This document shows, piece after piece, positions 47,562-57,461 of a stretch of DNA of 64,000 nucleotides (position 1 is its first letter; each line of letters starts with the position of its first letter). The DNA comes from an uncultured Chryseobacterium sp. GTDB taxonomy: Bacteria; Bacteroidota; Bacteroidia; Flavobacteriales_F; PHOS-HE28. The notes under the pieces are model-generated. The model had not been told where the DNA came from, ran no database searches, and saw only the letters and a program-made list of their open reading frames with translations. Location: contig CAYZBO010000003.1 of the NCBI GenBank assembly GCA_964476665.1, positions 887-64,886 of the forward strand, read 5' to 3'. Made by a program: the position numbers and the translations under genes.

Positions 47562-49553
47562 TTACTCCCTGGTGAAGGGCAGGCGCTGAACTCCGGTGGC
47601 ATCGTGCATCTCCAGCACATAGAAGCCGGGCTGCACCTGTGAAAGGTCCAGCCGGCCTCCTTGCAGTCGGGTGTTCATCACCAAACGGCCTGAGGCTCCG
47701 AAGACCCGCACCAGGGCGTTGCCGGTGTTCGTCCCCTGCACCATCAGCTCATTCCCAGCCGGCACGGGGAACAGCCGGAGTACGGCCATTTCCTGCTCTG
47801 CCACGTTGGTGCCCACCTCCTCCACGAGGGTGATCGTACCGTTCACGGCTACGTCGTTCAGCACGTTCACGATGCCGGAAGGCCAGCGTACATGCACCTG
47901 CTCCACCACCTCGTCCATGCCCAGGCCGAAGTGCGCCGTGATGGTGCTCATGTATCGGAAGCCGTCGCCACTGCGCACATCCCGGATCTGCTGGCCCGAT
48001 GCCGTGGTGATGGTGATCCGCGCTCCGATACCCTCGCTGTTGCTTACCGTACCCACCGTGCGGATGCGCAGCCAGTTGTTGTCGTTGCCATTGTTCATGC
48101 GTGCGGTGGAACTACTGATGACGTCAAGGAAGCCATCGTTGTTGAGGTCGCCCACGGCACCCACTTCGAAGCCGACAGGGTTCTCCTCGAAGATCATGTT
48201 CCCCATGTTCACCATGATGGTGCCGCCGCCGCCCATCACATCCAGCAAGCCGTCATTGTTGAAGTCGTGGGTGACATGCTCGACACTGGTGCCCGTGAAC
48301 ACATCCCAGCCCGATCCCGCCGTGATGTCCGTGAAGGTGGTGCCATCGTTCCGCATCAGCTTGTGGCCGCCGGCCGTAAAGGAGCTGGCACCCACCAGGG
48401 CGTCCATGTCACCGTCATTGTCAAAGTCGCCCCATGCGGCGCTCCAGGTCTGGACCGGATCGGCAAGGTTATACAGGGCCGCCACCTCCGTGTAAGTGCC
48501 GTCACCGTTGTTGCGGTGCAGCTGGTTGGTGCTCACCACCGGGTTCCCTCCGCGGCATTTGGCGATGAACAAGTCCACGTCACCATCGTTGTCGAAGTCC
48601 GTCCAGATGGAGCCATAGTTCCCACCTCCTTGCGTGTCACCCAGACCTCCCTGGTTCCAGCCGAACTGCCCGTTGCCATCGTTCAGCAGGTACACGTTCG
48701 GTGCCACATCGTGGCATACGAAGGCGTCCAGCCGACCATCGTTGTTGATGTCCACCATGTTGGTCCGCTGGCAGAAGACGTATTGTGCATAGCTGCTGTC
48801 GCGGAACGAAGTGCCGTCCTCATTGGCGAACATGACCGTCACACCGCTGCCCCCTCCATAGACGAGGTCCCGCTGGCCGTTCCCATCCAGGTCACCCGCG
48901 CACAGGCTCCAGCTCGGTGAGTTCGCCACGGTATCGTTCGGCAGGTTCACCGTATTGAACCCACCGCCGGGCAGTTGATAGTTGATGTTGATGTTGGAGG
49001 TCGTCACCGAGACCACATCGTCAAGGCCGTCGTTGTTCATGTCCACAGCGGCCCTGACGGTCCCTGCTGTGGCCAGTGATTGGTTGGTGAAGCTGATCAA
49101 TTCAAGGAACGGCGGCTCCTCCGTGACGGAGAACGTGAATCCGTTGGCATCCCAACGATCATCGAAGGCGATGTAATAGGTGGTGCCGCCGATCATGTTC
49201 ACGTGAAGCCAGCTCAGGTAGCCGCTTCCGGAATCATCGTCACCGCCAATGCAGGTGAGGGCGCCGCAGCTGCCGCTGTAGACGTGCACACGGGTATCCC
49301 GGCCCGTGTTCTCCACCAGGTCCGTGGTGATCACCAGGCTGATGTCGGTGGATGGCGTGTACGTGTACCACTCGCCATTGGAGGCGAGATTGCCTCCTGT
49401 TGCGCAGACCGGCAGGGGGATCTCGGTGCCGTCCACGGTGTCGACCACATGGATGCCGGCCGTGATGGCGAGGGCAGTGGCACAGTCGTTCTGCGCAAAG
49501 GCTGCGGAACCGAATAGGAACAAAGGGAGCAAAGCGGCGTACGTGTGTTTCAT
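47562..49553 (-). CDS. FG-GAP/VCBS-repeat beta-propeller protein with ASPIC/UnbV domain and T9SS C-terminal sorting domain, cassette copy 2
   Basis: Start MKHTYAALLPLFLFGSAAFAQ (ATG at 49553). Same architecture as 44361-46346 (ARITITTASGQQIRDVRSGDGFRYMSTITAHFGLG), with a T9SS CTD at the C-terminus. Confidence 0.8.
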   Translation of the reverse strand: MKHTYAALLPLFLFGSAAFAQNDCATALAITAGIHVVDTVDGTEIPLPVCATGGNLASNGEWYTYTPSTDISLVITTDLVENTGRDTRVHVYSGSCGALTCIGGDDDSGSGYLSWLHVNMIGGTTYYIAFDDRWDANGFTFSVTEEPPFLELISFTNQSLATAGTVRAAVDMNNDGLDDVVSVTTSNININYQLPGGGFNTVNLPNDTVANSPSWSLCAGDLDGNGQRDLVYGGGSGVTVMFANEDGTSFRDSSYAQYVFCQRTNMVDINNDGRLDAFVCHDVAPNVYLLNDGNGQFGWNQGGLGDTQGGGNYGSIWTDFDNDGDVDLFIAKCRGGNPVVSTNQLHRNNGDGTYTEVAALYNLADPVQTWSAAWGDFDNDGDMDALVGASSFTAGGHKLMRNDGTTFTDITAGSGWDVFTGTSVEHVTHDFNNDGLLDVMGGGGTIMVNMGNMIFEENPVGFEVGAVGDLNNDGFLDVISSSTARMNNGNDNNWLRIRTVGTVSNSEGIGARITITTASGQQIRDVRSGDGFRYMSTITAHFGLGMDEVVEQVHVRWPSGIVNVLNDVAVNGTITLVEEVGTNVAEQEMAVLRLFPVPAGNELMVQGTNTGNALVRVFGASGRLVMNTRLQGGRLDLSQVQPGFYVLEMHDATGVQRLPFTRE

Positions 49554-49702
49554 CTTGCTGGTCCAGGTCAGGGTGGTGAATGGTCGGGTGGCAGGTCTTG
49601 CAGGTCCCTGCTCCATAGCGAAGTTAGCGGGAACGCGGCGCTTGTGTGCAAGGCGGGCGCTCGTCGACGCAACCCTGCTGCTCATCGGGGGGCTTGCGTC
49701 CG

Positions 49703-50401
49703 TCAGCGATCGACAACGAGCTTGAACCCCACCCCATGGACGTTCACGATCTGCACGTTGGGGTCCGGCTTCAGGTACTTCCGCAGGCGACTGATGAACA
49801 CATCCAGGCTGCGACCCAGGAAGTACGTGTCATCACCCCAGACCATGTTCAACACAAGTTCCCGCGGCAGCACCTGCTCGCGGTGCAGGCACAGCAGGCG
49901 CAGCACGTCAGCCTCCTTGCGGGTGAGCTTGCGCTCTTCGGTGGGGTGGCTGAGCACCAGGTTGCGATGGTCGAAGGTGAACTCCCCCAGGTCGAAGCGT
50001 TCACGCCCCTTCTCGGGTTCGCGGCTATGTGTGCGGCGCAGGATCGCTTCGATCCGCAGGATCAACTCCTCGTGACTGAACGGTTTTGTGAGGTAATCGT
50101 CACCACCTGCCTTGAAGCCCGCGATTCGATCGTCCACCTGGCTTTTTGCTGTGAGGAACACGATCGGCACCGCACGGTCCACAAGACGGATGTCCTCGGC
50201 GAGGCTGAATCCATCCTTTAGCGGAAGCATCACGTCCAGCACACATAGGTCGTGTGTCATTTCGTTGAACCTTCGCAGCCCTTCCTTGCCATCCCTGCAC
50301 AGGGTCACCTGGTATCCCTTGCGCTTGAGGGCGTCCTGAACGACGAAGCCGAGGTTCTGGTCGTCCTCCACGAGCAGGATGCGTACGGGGTCGGTGTTCA
50401 T
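49703..50401 (-). CDS. two-component response regulator, OmpR/PhoB family (winged-helix DNA-binding)
   Basis: Receiver domain with phospho-accepting Asp (ILLVEDD...LCVLDVMLP) and a C-terminal winged helix. The start overlaps the HK stop (ATGA at 50398-50401). Confidence 0.9.
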   Translation of the reverse strand: MNTDPVRILLVEDDQNLGFVVQDALKRKGYQVTLCRDGKEGLRRFNEMTHDLCVLDVMLPLKDGFSLAEDIRLVDRAVPIVFLTAKSQVDDRIAGFKAGGDDYLTKPFSHEELILRIEAILRRTHSREPEKGRERFDLGEFTFDHRNLVLSHPTEERKLTRKEADVLRLLCLHREQVLPRELVLNMVWGDDTYFLGRSLDVFISRLRKYLKPDPNVQIVNVHGVGFKLVVDR

Positions 50402-51738
50402 GATCGGTACTTGTTCTTGCCCTGGGGTAGACAAAGTGTGAAGGTGCTGCCCCTGCCAGGCTCGCTGCGGACCTCCACCCGGCCGCCATGGGCCGAAGTG
50501 ATCTGTTGCACGTAATGAAGTCCAAGGCCGAAGCCCTTTACATCGTGTCGGTTGCCGGTATGCACCCGATAGAAGCGTTCAAAGATGTGCTTCAGGTCCT
50601 CCTTGTCGATGCCGATGCCCTTGTCGCTCACGGCCACATGAAGTCCACCCTCGGTGTTGAAGGTCCGGATGGTGATGGTGCCTCCCTCCGGCCCGTACTT
50701 CAGCGCGTTGTCCACCAGGTTCGTCAATGCATTGGTCAGGTGCACGCGATCGCCGACAACGATCTCATTGGTGGCATCCAGCTGCAATGCCAGTGAGCTG
50801 TTGCGCTCACGAAGTGGAAGGAGGAAGTGGTCGCGCACCTCCTGCACGACGGCATGCATCTGCACCGGTTCCCGGGCCAGTTCCAGTTCGCCTTTGTCCA
50901 GCGTGGATAATTGGAGGACGCGCTCAACCTGGACACGCAAGCGCTCGTTCTCCGTACGGATGATGTGTGCGTAAGCCTGCAGCCGGTCGGGCTCATGCAC
51001 GATGTCCGGGTCACTGATGACCTCGCTGCTCAACGCGATCGTGCTGATCGGGGTCTTCAGCTCATGGGTCATGTTGCCGATGAAGTCGTTCTTCATTTCG
51101 CTCAGCTTCTTCTGCTGCAGAATGACCCACACACTGTAGGCGAAGAAGCTGAATACGATGAGCGTGACCACGGCGGGGAAGACCCATGTCCAACTGCTCG
51201 CGGCAGGTTCCTCCCATAGGCTGCTTTGCCGTTTGGGGAAATAGACCCCGAAATAGTGCCCGTCCTTGTCGAGCTTCTGCAATTTGGTGTGTGGAACGGT
51301 GTCCGTCCCCGCTGTGTCCAGGCTTACATAATTCCCGTAGACCACGCTGTCCGTGAAACAATCGTAGATGCCGTACTCAAAGTCCTCCAGGATGTTGCGG
51401 CGACTGAACTCCTTGCGCAGCAGGGCTTCCAACAGATAAGGGTGCAGCGTGTCGTTGATCGTGACAGCAAAGTAGTTCGGCCGCTCCTGTTTCACCGCGT
51501 CGTAGAGATCGCTCGGGTCCTTGGTGATGGAGAGGATCTGTTCTGTCACGTCCGTGAGCGCGATCACCACCCGGTCGTTGAACTGCTTCTCCAGCTGCCG
51601 GGCCTGTTCGCGGTTCAGTTCCAGTTGGTCCTTGTGCGTGCGACGAGCCTGCTGCAGCCATAGCAGCTGCGTGATGACAACGCCGAATACGCTCAACGTG
51701 GCCAGCAGCAGCAGGGTTCCGATCGCCTTACGTCCCAT
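50398..51738 (-). CDS. two-component sensor histidine kinase
   Basis: N-terminal TMs, H-box HELKTPISTIALSSE and HATPase_c (GFGLGLHYVQQI). Confidence 0.9.
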   Translation of the reverse strand: MGRKAIGTLLLLATLSVFGVVITQLLWLQQARRTHKDQLELNREQARQLEKQFNDRVVIALTDVTEQILSITKDPSDLYDAVKQERPNYFAVTINDTLHPYLLEALLRKEFSRRNILEDFEYGIYDCFTDSVVYGNYVSLDTAGTDTVPHTKLQKLDKDGHYFGVYFPKRQSSLWEEPAASSWTWVFPAVVTLIVFSFFAYSVWVILQQKKLSEMKNDFIGNMTHELKTPISTIALSSEVISDPDIVHEPDRLQAYAHIIRTENERLRVQVERVLQLSTLDKGELELAREPVQMHAVVQEVRDHFLLPLRERNSSLALQLDATNEIVVGDRVHLTNALTNLVDNALKYGPEGGTITIRTFNTEGGLHVAVSDKGIGIDKEDLKHIFERFYRVHTGNRHDVKGFGLGLHYVQQITSAHGGRVEVRSEPGRGSTFTLCLPQGKNKYRS

Positions 51739-51865
51739 GATCCGTCCGCTCCTTTAGCGGATGGACAATGTTACAGCGTGGCAGCATATGCGACATGGCC
51801 TCTTAACAAGCCTTATCGTTCGAGGGACGCGGTCCTTCCCTCCGCACCGCCGATCTTGCGGCCCC

Positions 51866-53464
51866 ATGGAACGAACGCCGTTCACCCTTCCCCGGATCCC
51901 GGTGCACCTGTGGCTGGTGTGGCTGGCGGTGATCGTGGCCGGGTCGCTCCTGGATGTGATGGAAGTGGATGCGGCCCAGTACGCCACCATGGCCCGCGAT
52001 ATGCTCTTCCAGGAAGACCCGCTGAAGCTGTATTTCCGCGGCGCTGATTACCTGGACAAGCCACCGCTGCTGTTCTGGACCTCGGCCCTTTCCTATTGGA
52101 TCTTCGGGGTCCAGAACTGGAGCTACAAGCTGCCCAGTATCCTTGCGGCATTGGTGGCCGTTCATGCCACCTATCGCTATGCCCGCCTCCATCATGGCGC
52201 CGCCGCTGGGAGCTGGGCCGCATTCATCTTCGCCACATCGGTCTCCTTTGTGCTCATGACCAACGATGTGCGGACGGATACGCTCCTCACCGCAGCCATC
52301 ATCGTGGCCGTCTGGACAGGCAGTGAGTTCCTCGCCAATGGGCGCACCGGCTGGCTCCTGGCCGCTTCCGCATCGGTGGCCTTTGGGATGTTGGCCAAGG
52401 GCCCCATGGGTGCCGTTGCTCCCTGCACCGTCCTGGGCATCCAAGTATTGCTCGACCGCCGTTGGAGCGTCTTCCGTGATTCCCGCCTTCTCCTGGTGCC
52501 GTTGGTGATCGGCCTCCTGCTCACGCCCATGCTGATCGGGCTCTACGAACAGCATGGCATGCATGGCATCCGCTTCTTTTTCTGGGAACAGAGTTTTGGA
52601 CGTATCACGGGAGAGAACCGCTGGAAGGATGATTCATCCGTCCTGTACTTCACGCATGAACTGCCCTGGCTGATGTTGCCCTGGACCCTGGTCGTCATCC
52701 ATGGCTGGTGGAACGGTGTCCGAAAAGCCCTGCGCATGCATGGCCCGGAGGAGCGTGGTGGGCCCTTGGGCGCGCTCCTCCTGTTCGCAGCGCTGTCCTT
52801 ATCCCAGTTCAAACTGCCCCATTACATCTATCCCATCCTGCCTCTTGTGGCAGTACAGGGTGGCCGCGCATTGAGCGAGGGGCTTCCAGTTGCCTTGGTC
52901 AAGGCTCAGCGTTATGTCTGGTCGGCCCTGGCCCTGTTCGCCGCGGCCATCCTGCTTTGGGCGTTCCCGGATGGCAGGCTGTGGACGCTGCTCCTGTTCT
53001 GTGGCCTTCTCGTGGTGCTCAAGTTGCGCGGTGCCAAGGGCGACCGGACGGGCCTGTTGTTGGGCGCTGCGCTGTGGCTGTCCATTGCCTGGGGCATCAA
53101 CACCCAGTTCTATCCGGTATTGCTCCGCTACCAATCGAATGCGCAGGTGGGCAGGTGGATGGTTGCGCACCGTATCTCCCCCGATCGGTTGATCAGTGTG
53201 GGCGTGGGGGGCACCTCGCTCGAATTCTATGCGGGTGGCAAGGGCCCCTACGTGGCCGAGGTCGCTGAGCTGGCGACCGGCCCCGCGCCGGGTCAGTATG
53301 CATTGGTGGAGGCCGAGCAACTGGCGGCCATGGTCCAGCGCTTTCCGCCAAGGGACACCGTGCTCGTACTGGAGGACCTGCCCGTGCAGATGCTGAGCGT
53401 GGAGATGGTCCTGCCGGGAAGCCGCTCCCATGCTGCGGATAAGCGCTATCTGCTGGCCTATTGA
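51866..53464 (+). CDS. glycosyltransferase family 39 protein (ArnT/PMT-like undecaprenyl-phosphate-linked sugar transferase)
   Basis: Polytopic membrane protein with an N-terminal ...DAAQYATMARDM...YLDKPPLLFW... motif region typical of GT39/ArnT. Start MERTPF at 51866. Confidence 0.7.
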   Translation: MERTPFTLPRIPVHLWLVWLAVIVAGSLLDVMEVDAAQYATMARDMLFQEDPLKLYFRGADYLDKPPLLFWTSALSYWIFGVQNWSYKLPSILAALVAVHATYRYARLHHGAAAGSWAAFIFATSVSFVLMTNDVRTDTLLTAAIIVAVWTGSEFLANGRTGWLLAASASVAFGMLAKGPMGAVAPCTVLGIQVLLDRRWSVFRDSRLLLVPLVIGLLLTPMLIGLYEQHGMHGIRFFFWEQSFGRITGENRWKDDSSVLYFTHELPWLMLPWTLVVIHGWWNGVRKALRMHGPEERGGPLGALLLFAALSLSQFKLPHYIYPILPLVAVQGGRALSEGLPVALVKAQRYVWSALALFAAAILLWAFPDGRLWTLLLFCGLLVVLKLRGAKGDRTGLLLGAALWLSIAWGINTQFYPVLLRYQSNAQVGRWMVAHRISPDRLISVGVGGTSLEFYAGGKGPYVAEVAELATGPAPGQYALVEAEQLAAMVQRFPPRDTVLVLEDLPVQMLSVEMVLPGSRSHAADKRYLLAY

Positions 53465-53567
53465 TCCTGGTCCTTTTCCTGCGCCGAACCTTTTTCAACA
53501 GGTCGGTGTTATCTTCATCGTTGTGGAATTCCCTGTTCCACACTTACCAGAACCAACCCTAACGAGC

Positions 53568-56500
53568 ATGGAACACATTTTATCCCACGCAGCGCGCAAT
53601 GCGCTCCTATCGGCAGCCACAGCGGTGGGCCTGCTGGTGTCGGCCTTGGTGCCATCATCCCGGGCGGTGGCGCAGCAGGGTGAATGCCTCGCACAAGCAG
53701 GAACCCTTTCCGGCTTCAAGCCCACTGATTGCCTCCAGGAGGGTGGCACGCAGATCGGTGGTGTGCCCAACGGCGACCACTTCACCCCTCCGGGTTTCAT
53801 CCGCAACTGGGTGCTCACCAAAGGTCCTGAACTGGTCATCGTCGATGCTGGCTATTCCAACATCTTCACGGTGACCGAGACAGGGCTCTACACGATCCAC
53901 ACGCTGATCTTCGACCCAAGCACGTTGGACCTCGGCATCATTCAGCCGGGTATTACCACGGGCTTCGATGTGAACAGCTTGTTGATCCAGGGAGGTGGCA
54001 GCATCTGCGCCAGCCTCGATGTCACCGGCACCTCTGTCTTGGTGGACAACCCGGATGCAGGTTCTCTGACCGCCATGTCAGCGAGCCTTTGCCTCACGGA
54101 AGGAGAGGCGACCCTCTCGGCCATGCCGAACGGCAATGCCTACGTACCGGCTGGTTACAGTGTGGCCTATGTGCTCACTCAGGGGCCTGGCCTGGTGATC
54201 GTGAACGCGGGTGGTGAGCCATCCTTCACCGTTTCCGAGCCGGGCGATTATACCATCCATACGCTGGTGTATGACCCCGCCACCCTCGACCTCGGGGTCG
54301 TGGAACTGGGGGTGACCACCGGCTTTGATGTGAACGGCCTGCTCATTCAAGGTGGTGGCGGTATCTGCGCGGCACTCGATGTGCCGGGTGCGCAGTTCGA
54401 AGTGGCTGCCGATTGCCCCTGTGTCGCTGACGCTGGAACGCTTGCTGGATTCAAGCCCACGGACTGCCTGCAGGAGGGCGGAACGATGATCGGAGGTGTG
54501 CCCAATGGCGATGCCGTGGTTCCCGCCGGGTACTCCACCCTGTACGTGCTCACCCAAGGGCCTGGACTGGTGATCGTGGATGCCGGCCCATCGCCCATCT
54601 TCACGGTGAACAGCATCGGTTCCTACACCGTGCACACCCTGGTCTACGATCCCGCCACGCTCGACCTGAGCATCGTGGAGTTCGGTGTGACCACCGGCTT
54701 CGATGTGAACAGCCTGCTCATCCAGGGGGGCGGCAGTATTTGTGCAAGCCTTGACGTGACCGGCACCACCATCCTGGTGGACAACCCGGATGCTGGCAGC
54801 CTCTCTGCCGTCCTTGCTGAAGTGTGCTTGAACGATGGTGGTGCCACCGTGGCCGCCACTGTGAGCAGTGCACCTTATGTGCCCGCTGGTTACCAGGTGG
54901 CCTACGTGCTCACCCAGGGCCCCGGTCTGGTGATCGTGAACGCTGGTGCGGAACCCTCCTTCGTGGTGGAAGCCAGCGGTGATTACACTGTCCATACGTT
55001 GGTGTACGACCCGGCCACCCTCGATCTGGGCATCGTGCAGCCTGGTATCACCACCGGGTTCGACGTCAATTCACTGCTTATCCAAGGCGGTGGTGAGATC
55101 TGTGCTGCGCTCGATGTGGTCGGTGCTCCGGTGTCGGTGATCGTATGCGATGAGCCCTGCACTGCCAACGCGGGTACCCTCACCGCTGACATGTACGAGC
55201 TGTGCCTTCAGGATGGTGGTGCCACTGTCTCGGCCACGGCCAATGGTGACGCCCTGGTCCCTGACGGTTACAGTGTGCTGTATGTGCTGACCCAGGGCTC
55301 CGACCTCGTCATCGTTGATGCGGCCGCTGACCCTGCATTCACGGTGAGCGCCGCTGGCATCTACACGGTCCATACGCTGGTCTATGATCCCGCCACCCTC
55401 GACCTCGGTATCGTGGAGTTCGGTGTGACCACCGGTGTTGACGTGAACGGCCTGCTCATTCAGGGAGGAGGTTCCATTTGTGCGAGCCTCGATGTGGCAG
55501 GAGCGCAGGTGGTGGTGTTGGACTGCGAACCTGTCTGCGCCGCGAACGCAGGAACCCTGACCGCTGCAACCACCGACATCTGCCTTGTCGATGGACAGGC
55601 AACGCTGACCGCTTCCCCTAACGGCGATGCGTTCGTGCCGGCCGGGTTCATGACCATCCATGTGCTGACCCAGGGTCCCGAACTGGTGATCATCAATGCC
55701 GGTGCAACGCCCTCATTCACGGTAGATGAGCCCGGCTCCTACACCATCCACACACTCGTCTTCGATCCCGCCACTGTCGACCTGGGCATCGTTCAACTCG
55801 GTGTGACCACCGGTTTCGATGTGAACGCACTGCTCATCCAGGGTGGAGGTACCATCTGCGCAAGCCTGGATGTGCCCGGTGCGGCCTTCCAGGTGAATGC
55901 CTGCGGCGACGTGTGTGACGCACAAGCGGGTACGCTCAGTGCAACGGCTGGCCAGGTGTGCCTGACAGCGACCGGTGCATCCATTTCTGCCACGGCCAAT
56001 GGCGATGCCAGCGTGCCGGCCGGTTACCAGCAGGTCTATGTCCTCACGGAAGGCCCAGGGCTCGTGATCGTCAATGCCGGGCCAGCGCCTGCCTTTGATG
56101 TGATCGCAGAGGGAACCTACACCATCCACTCCCTGGTCTATGACCCTGCAACCCTTGATCTTGGTATCGTGGAATTCGGCACCACCACCGGCTTTGATGT
56201 GAATGGACTGCTGATCCAAGGCGGAGGTTCCATTTGTGCCAGCCTTGATGTGGCCGGCGCTACGGTGAGCGTCATCGCATGCGGTAATGCCTGTGTGGCG
56301 GATGCCGGTACCCTGACCCCCTTTGAGCAGGCCGTGTGCCTGACCGATGCCGGAGCCACCTTCGGTGCCGAGCCCAACGGCGACGCCCTCGTGCCGCCAG
56401 GATATGAAGTGGTGTACGTGCTCACCAGCGGTGATGGTCTTGTCATCGAACAGGTGAACGCCAGCCCTGTCTTCACCGTGGCCAATACCGGCAACTACAC

Positions 56501-57290
56501 CATCCACACGTTGGTGTACGACCCGGCCACGCTCGACCTGAGCATCGTGGAGTTCGGCACCACCTCGGGTGTCGATGTGAACGGTCTGCTCATCCAAGGC
56601 GGTGGAACCATCTGTGCCAGCCTTGACGTGGCCGGTGCACCCACGCAGGTGGTGGACTGCAACACCATCTGCAACGTGAACGCCGGTACGCTCAGCGCCG
56701 ATGCAGCTGAAGTGTGCCTGGTCAACGGTTCCGCCGCCATCGGTGCGAGCCCGAACAACGATGCCTTCAAGCCCGCCGGCTTCGAGACCATCTTCGTGCT
56801 CACTCAAGGTCCGGGTCTGGTGATCGTGAACGCGAGCGTGACACCCGATTTCGTGGTGGACGCCCCGGGTCTCTACACCATCCACACCCTCGCGTTCAAC
56901 CCCAGCACCATCGATCTCAGCCTCGTGGAATTCGGTGTGACAACCGGCTTCGATGTGAACGCGCTCCTGGTCCAGGGTGGCGGTACCATTTGCGGTAGCC
57001 TTGATGTGGCCGGTGCACCGGTCCTGGTGAGCGACTGCAACGCTCTTGTCGCATGGCCGAACCCCGCCACCGCCGATCTGACCCTTGAGCTGGAAGGCAT
57101 GGGTTCCGGTCGTCTGGAGGTGGATATCCTCGACATGCAGGGTGCGCGCACCACGTTGAGCACTTCCATCGCCGCCGACCAGCCGATGCACCGCATCGAT
57201 GTGTCCGATCTGCGGCCTGGCCAGTATATCCTGCGAGTGACCTCCAGCAGCGGCGTACGTACCGTGCGCTTCTCGAAGGTCGATCGCTGA
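53568..57290 (+). CDS. large T9SS-sorted surface protein made of ~10 tandem ~122-aa Cys-containing repeat modules
   Basis: Signal peptide MEHILSHAARNALLSAATAVGLLVSALVPSSRAVAQ. Repeats have the pattern C.A.AGTL...CL..G.AT..A.PNGDA.VPAGY..YVLTQGPGLVIV.AG..P.FTV...G.YTIHTLVYDPATLDLGIVEFGVTTGFDVN.LLIQGGG.ICASLDV.GA. C-terminal T9SS CTD (...LEVDILDMQG...YILRVTSSSGVRTVRFSKVDR). Confidence 0.8.
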   Translation: MEHILSHAARNALLSAATAVGLLVSALVPSSRAVAQQGECLAQAGTLSGFKPTDCLQEGGTQIGGVPNGDHFTPPGFIRNWVLTKGPELVIVDAGYSNIFTVTETGLYTIHTLIFDPSTLDLGIIQPGITTGFDVNSLLIQGGGSICASLDVTGTSVLVDNPDAGSLTAMSASLCLTEGEATLSAMPNGNAYVPAGYSVAYVLTQGPGLVIVNAGGEPSFTVSEPGDYTIHTLVYDPATLDLGVVELGVTTGFDVNGLLIQGGGGICAALDVPGAQFEVAADCPCVADAGTLAGFKPTDCLQEGGTMIGGVPNGDAVVPAGYSTLYVLTQGPGLVIVDAGPSPIFTVNSIGSYTVHTLVYDPATLDLSIVEFGVTTGFDVNSLLIQGGGSICASLDVTGTTILVDNPDAGSLSAVLAEVCLNDGGATVAATVSSAPYVPAGYQVAYVLTQGPGLVIVNAGAEPSFVVEASGDYTVHTLVYDPATLDLGIVQPGITTGFDVNSLLIQGGGEICAALDVVGAPVSVIVCDEPCTANAGTLTADMYELCLQDGGATVSATANGDALVPDGYSVLYVLTQGSDLVIVDAAADPAFTVSAAGIYTVHTLVYDPATLDLGIVEFGVTTGVDVNGLLIQGGGSICASLDVAGAQVVVLDCEPVCAANAGTLTAATTDICLVDGQATLTASPNGDAFVPAGFMTIHVLTQGPELVIINAGATPSFTVDEPGSYTIHTLVFDPATVDLGIVQLGVTTGFDVNALLIQGGGTICASLDVPGAAFQVNACGDVCDAQAGTLSATAGQVCLTATGASISATANGDASVPAGYQQVYVLTEGPGLVIVNAGPAPAFDVIAEGTYTIHSLVYDPATLDLGIVEFGTTTGFDVNGLLIQGGGSICASLDVAGATVSVIACGNACVADAGTLTPFEQAVCLTDAGATFGAEPNGDALVPPGYEVVYVLTSGDGLVIEQVNASPVFTVANTGNYTIHTLVYDPATLDLSIVEFGTTSGVDVNGLLIQGGGTICASLDVAGAPTQVVDCNTICNVNAGTLSADAAEVCLVNGSAAIGASPNNDAFKPAGFETIFVLTQGPGLVIVNASVTPDFVVDAPGLYTIHTLAFNPSTIDLSLVEFGVTTGFDVNALLVQGGGTICGSLDVAGAPVLVSDCNALVAWPNPATADLTLELEGMGSGRLEVDILDMQGARTTLSTSIAADQPMHRIDVSDLRPGQYILRVTSSSGVRTVRFSKVDR
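53690..57050 (+). repeat. intragenic tandem repeat array, period ~361-379 bp, ~10 copies
   Basis: The conserved codon block for (P/A)NGDA recurs at ~53766, 54127, 54502, 55240, 55618, 55995, 56377 and 56752. One degenerate unit at ~54870 lacks the motif. Units are highly similar at both DNA and protein level. Confidence 0.8.
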
Positions 57291-57461
57291 CCGCGTCCGG
57301 TGAAGGTGGGGCCTGGGGATCAGGGTGCATGGCACCCTGTGACCCGGGCCCCACTGATCTTGTGACAGTGATGTGACCGTTCAGAGGTCTTTCACATGAT
57401 CAAGGTATTGGTCTGCGGTGTTCCTCCCATGTTGCTTTGCAGCACCTTGTTCAGAACCCAC

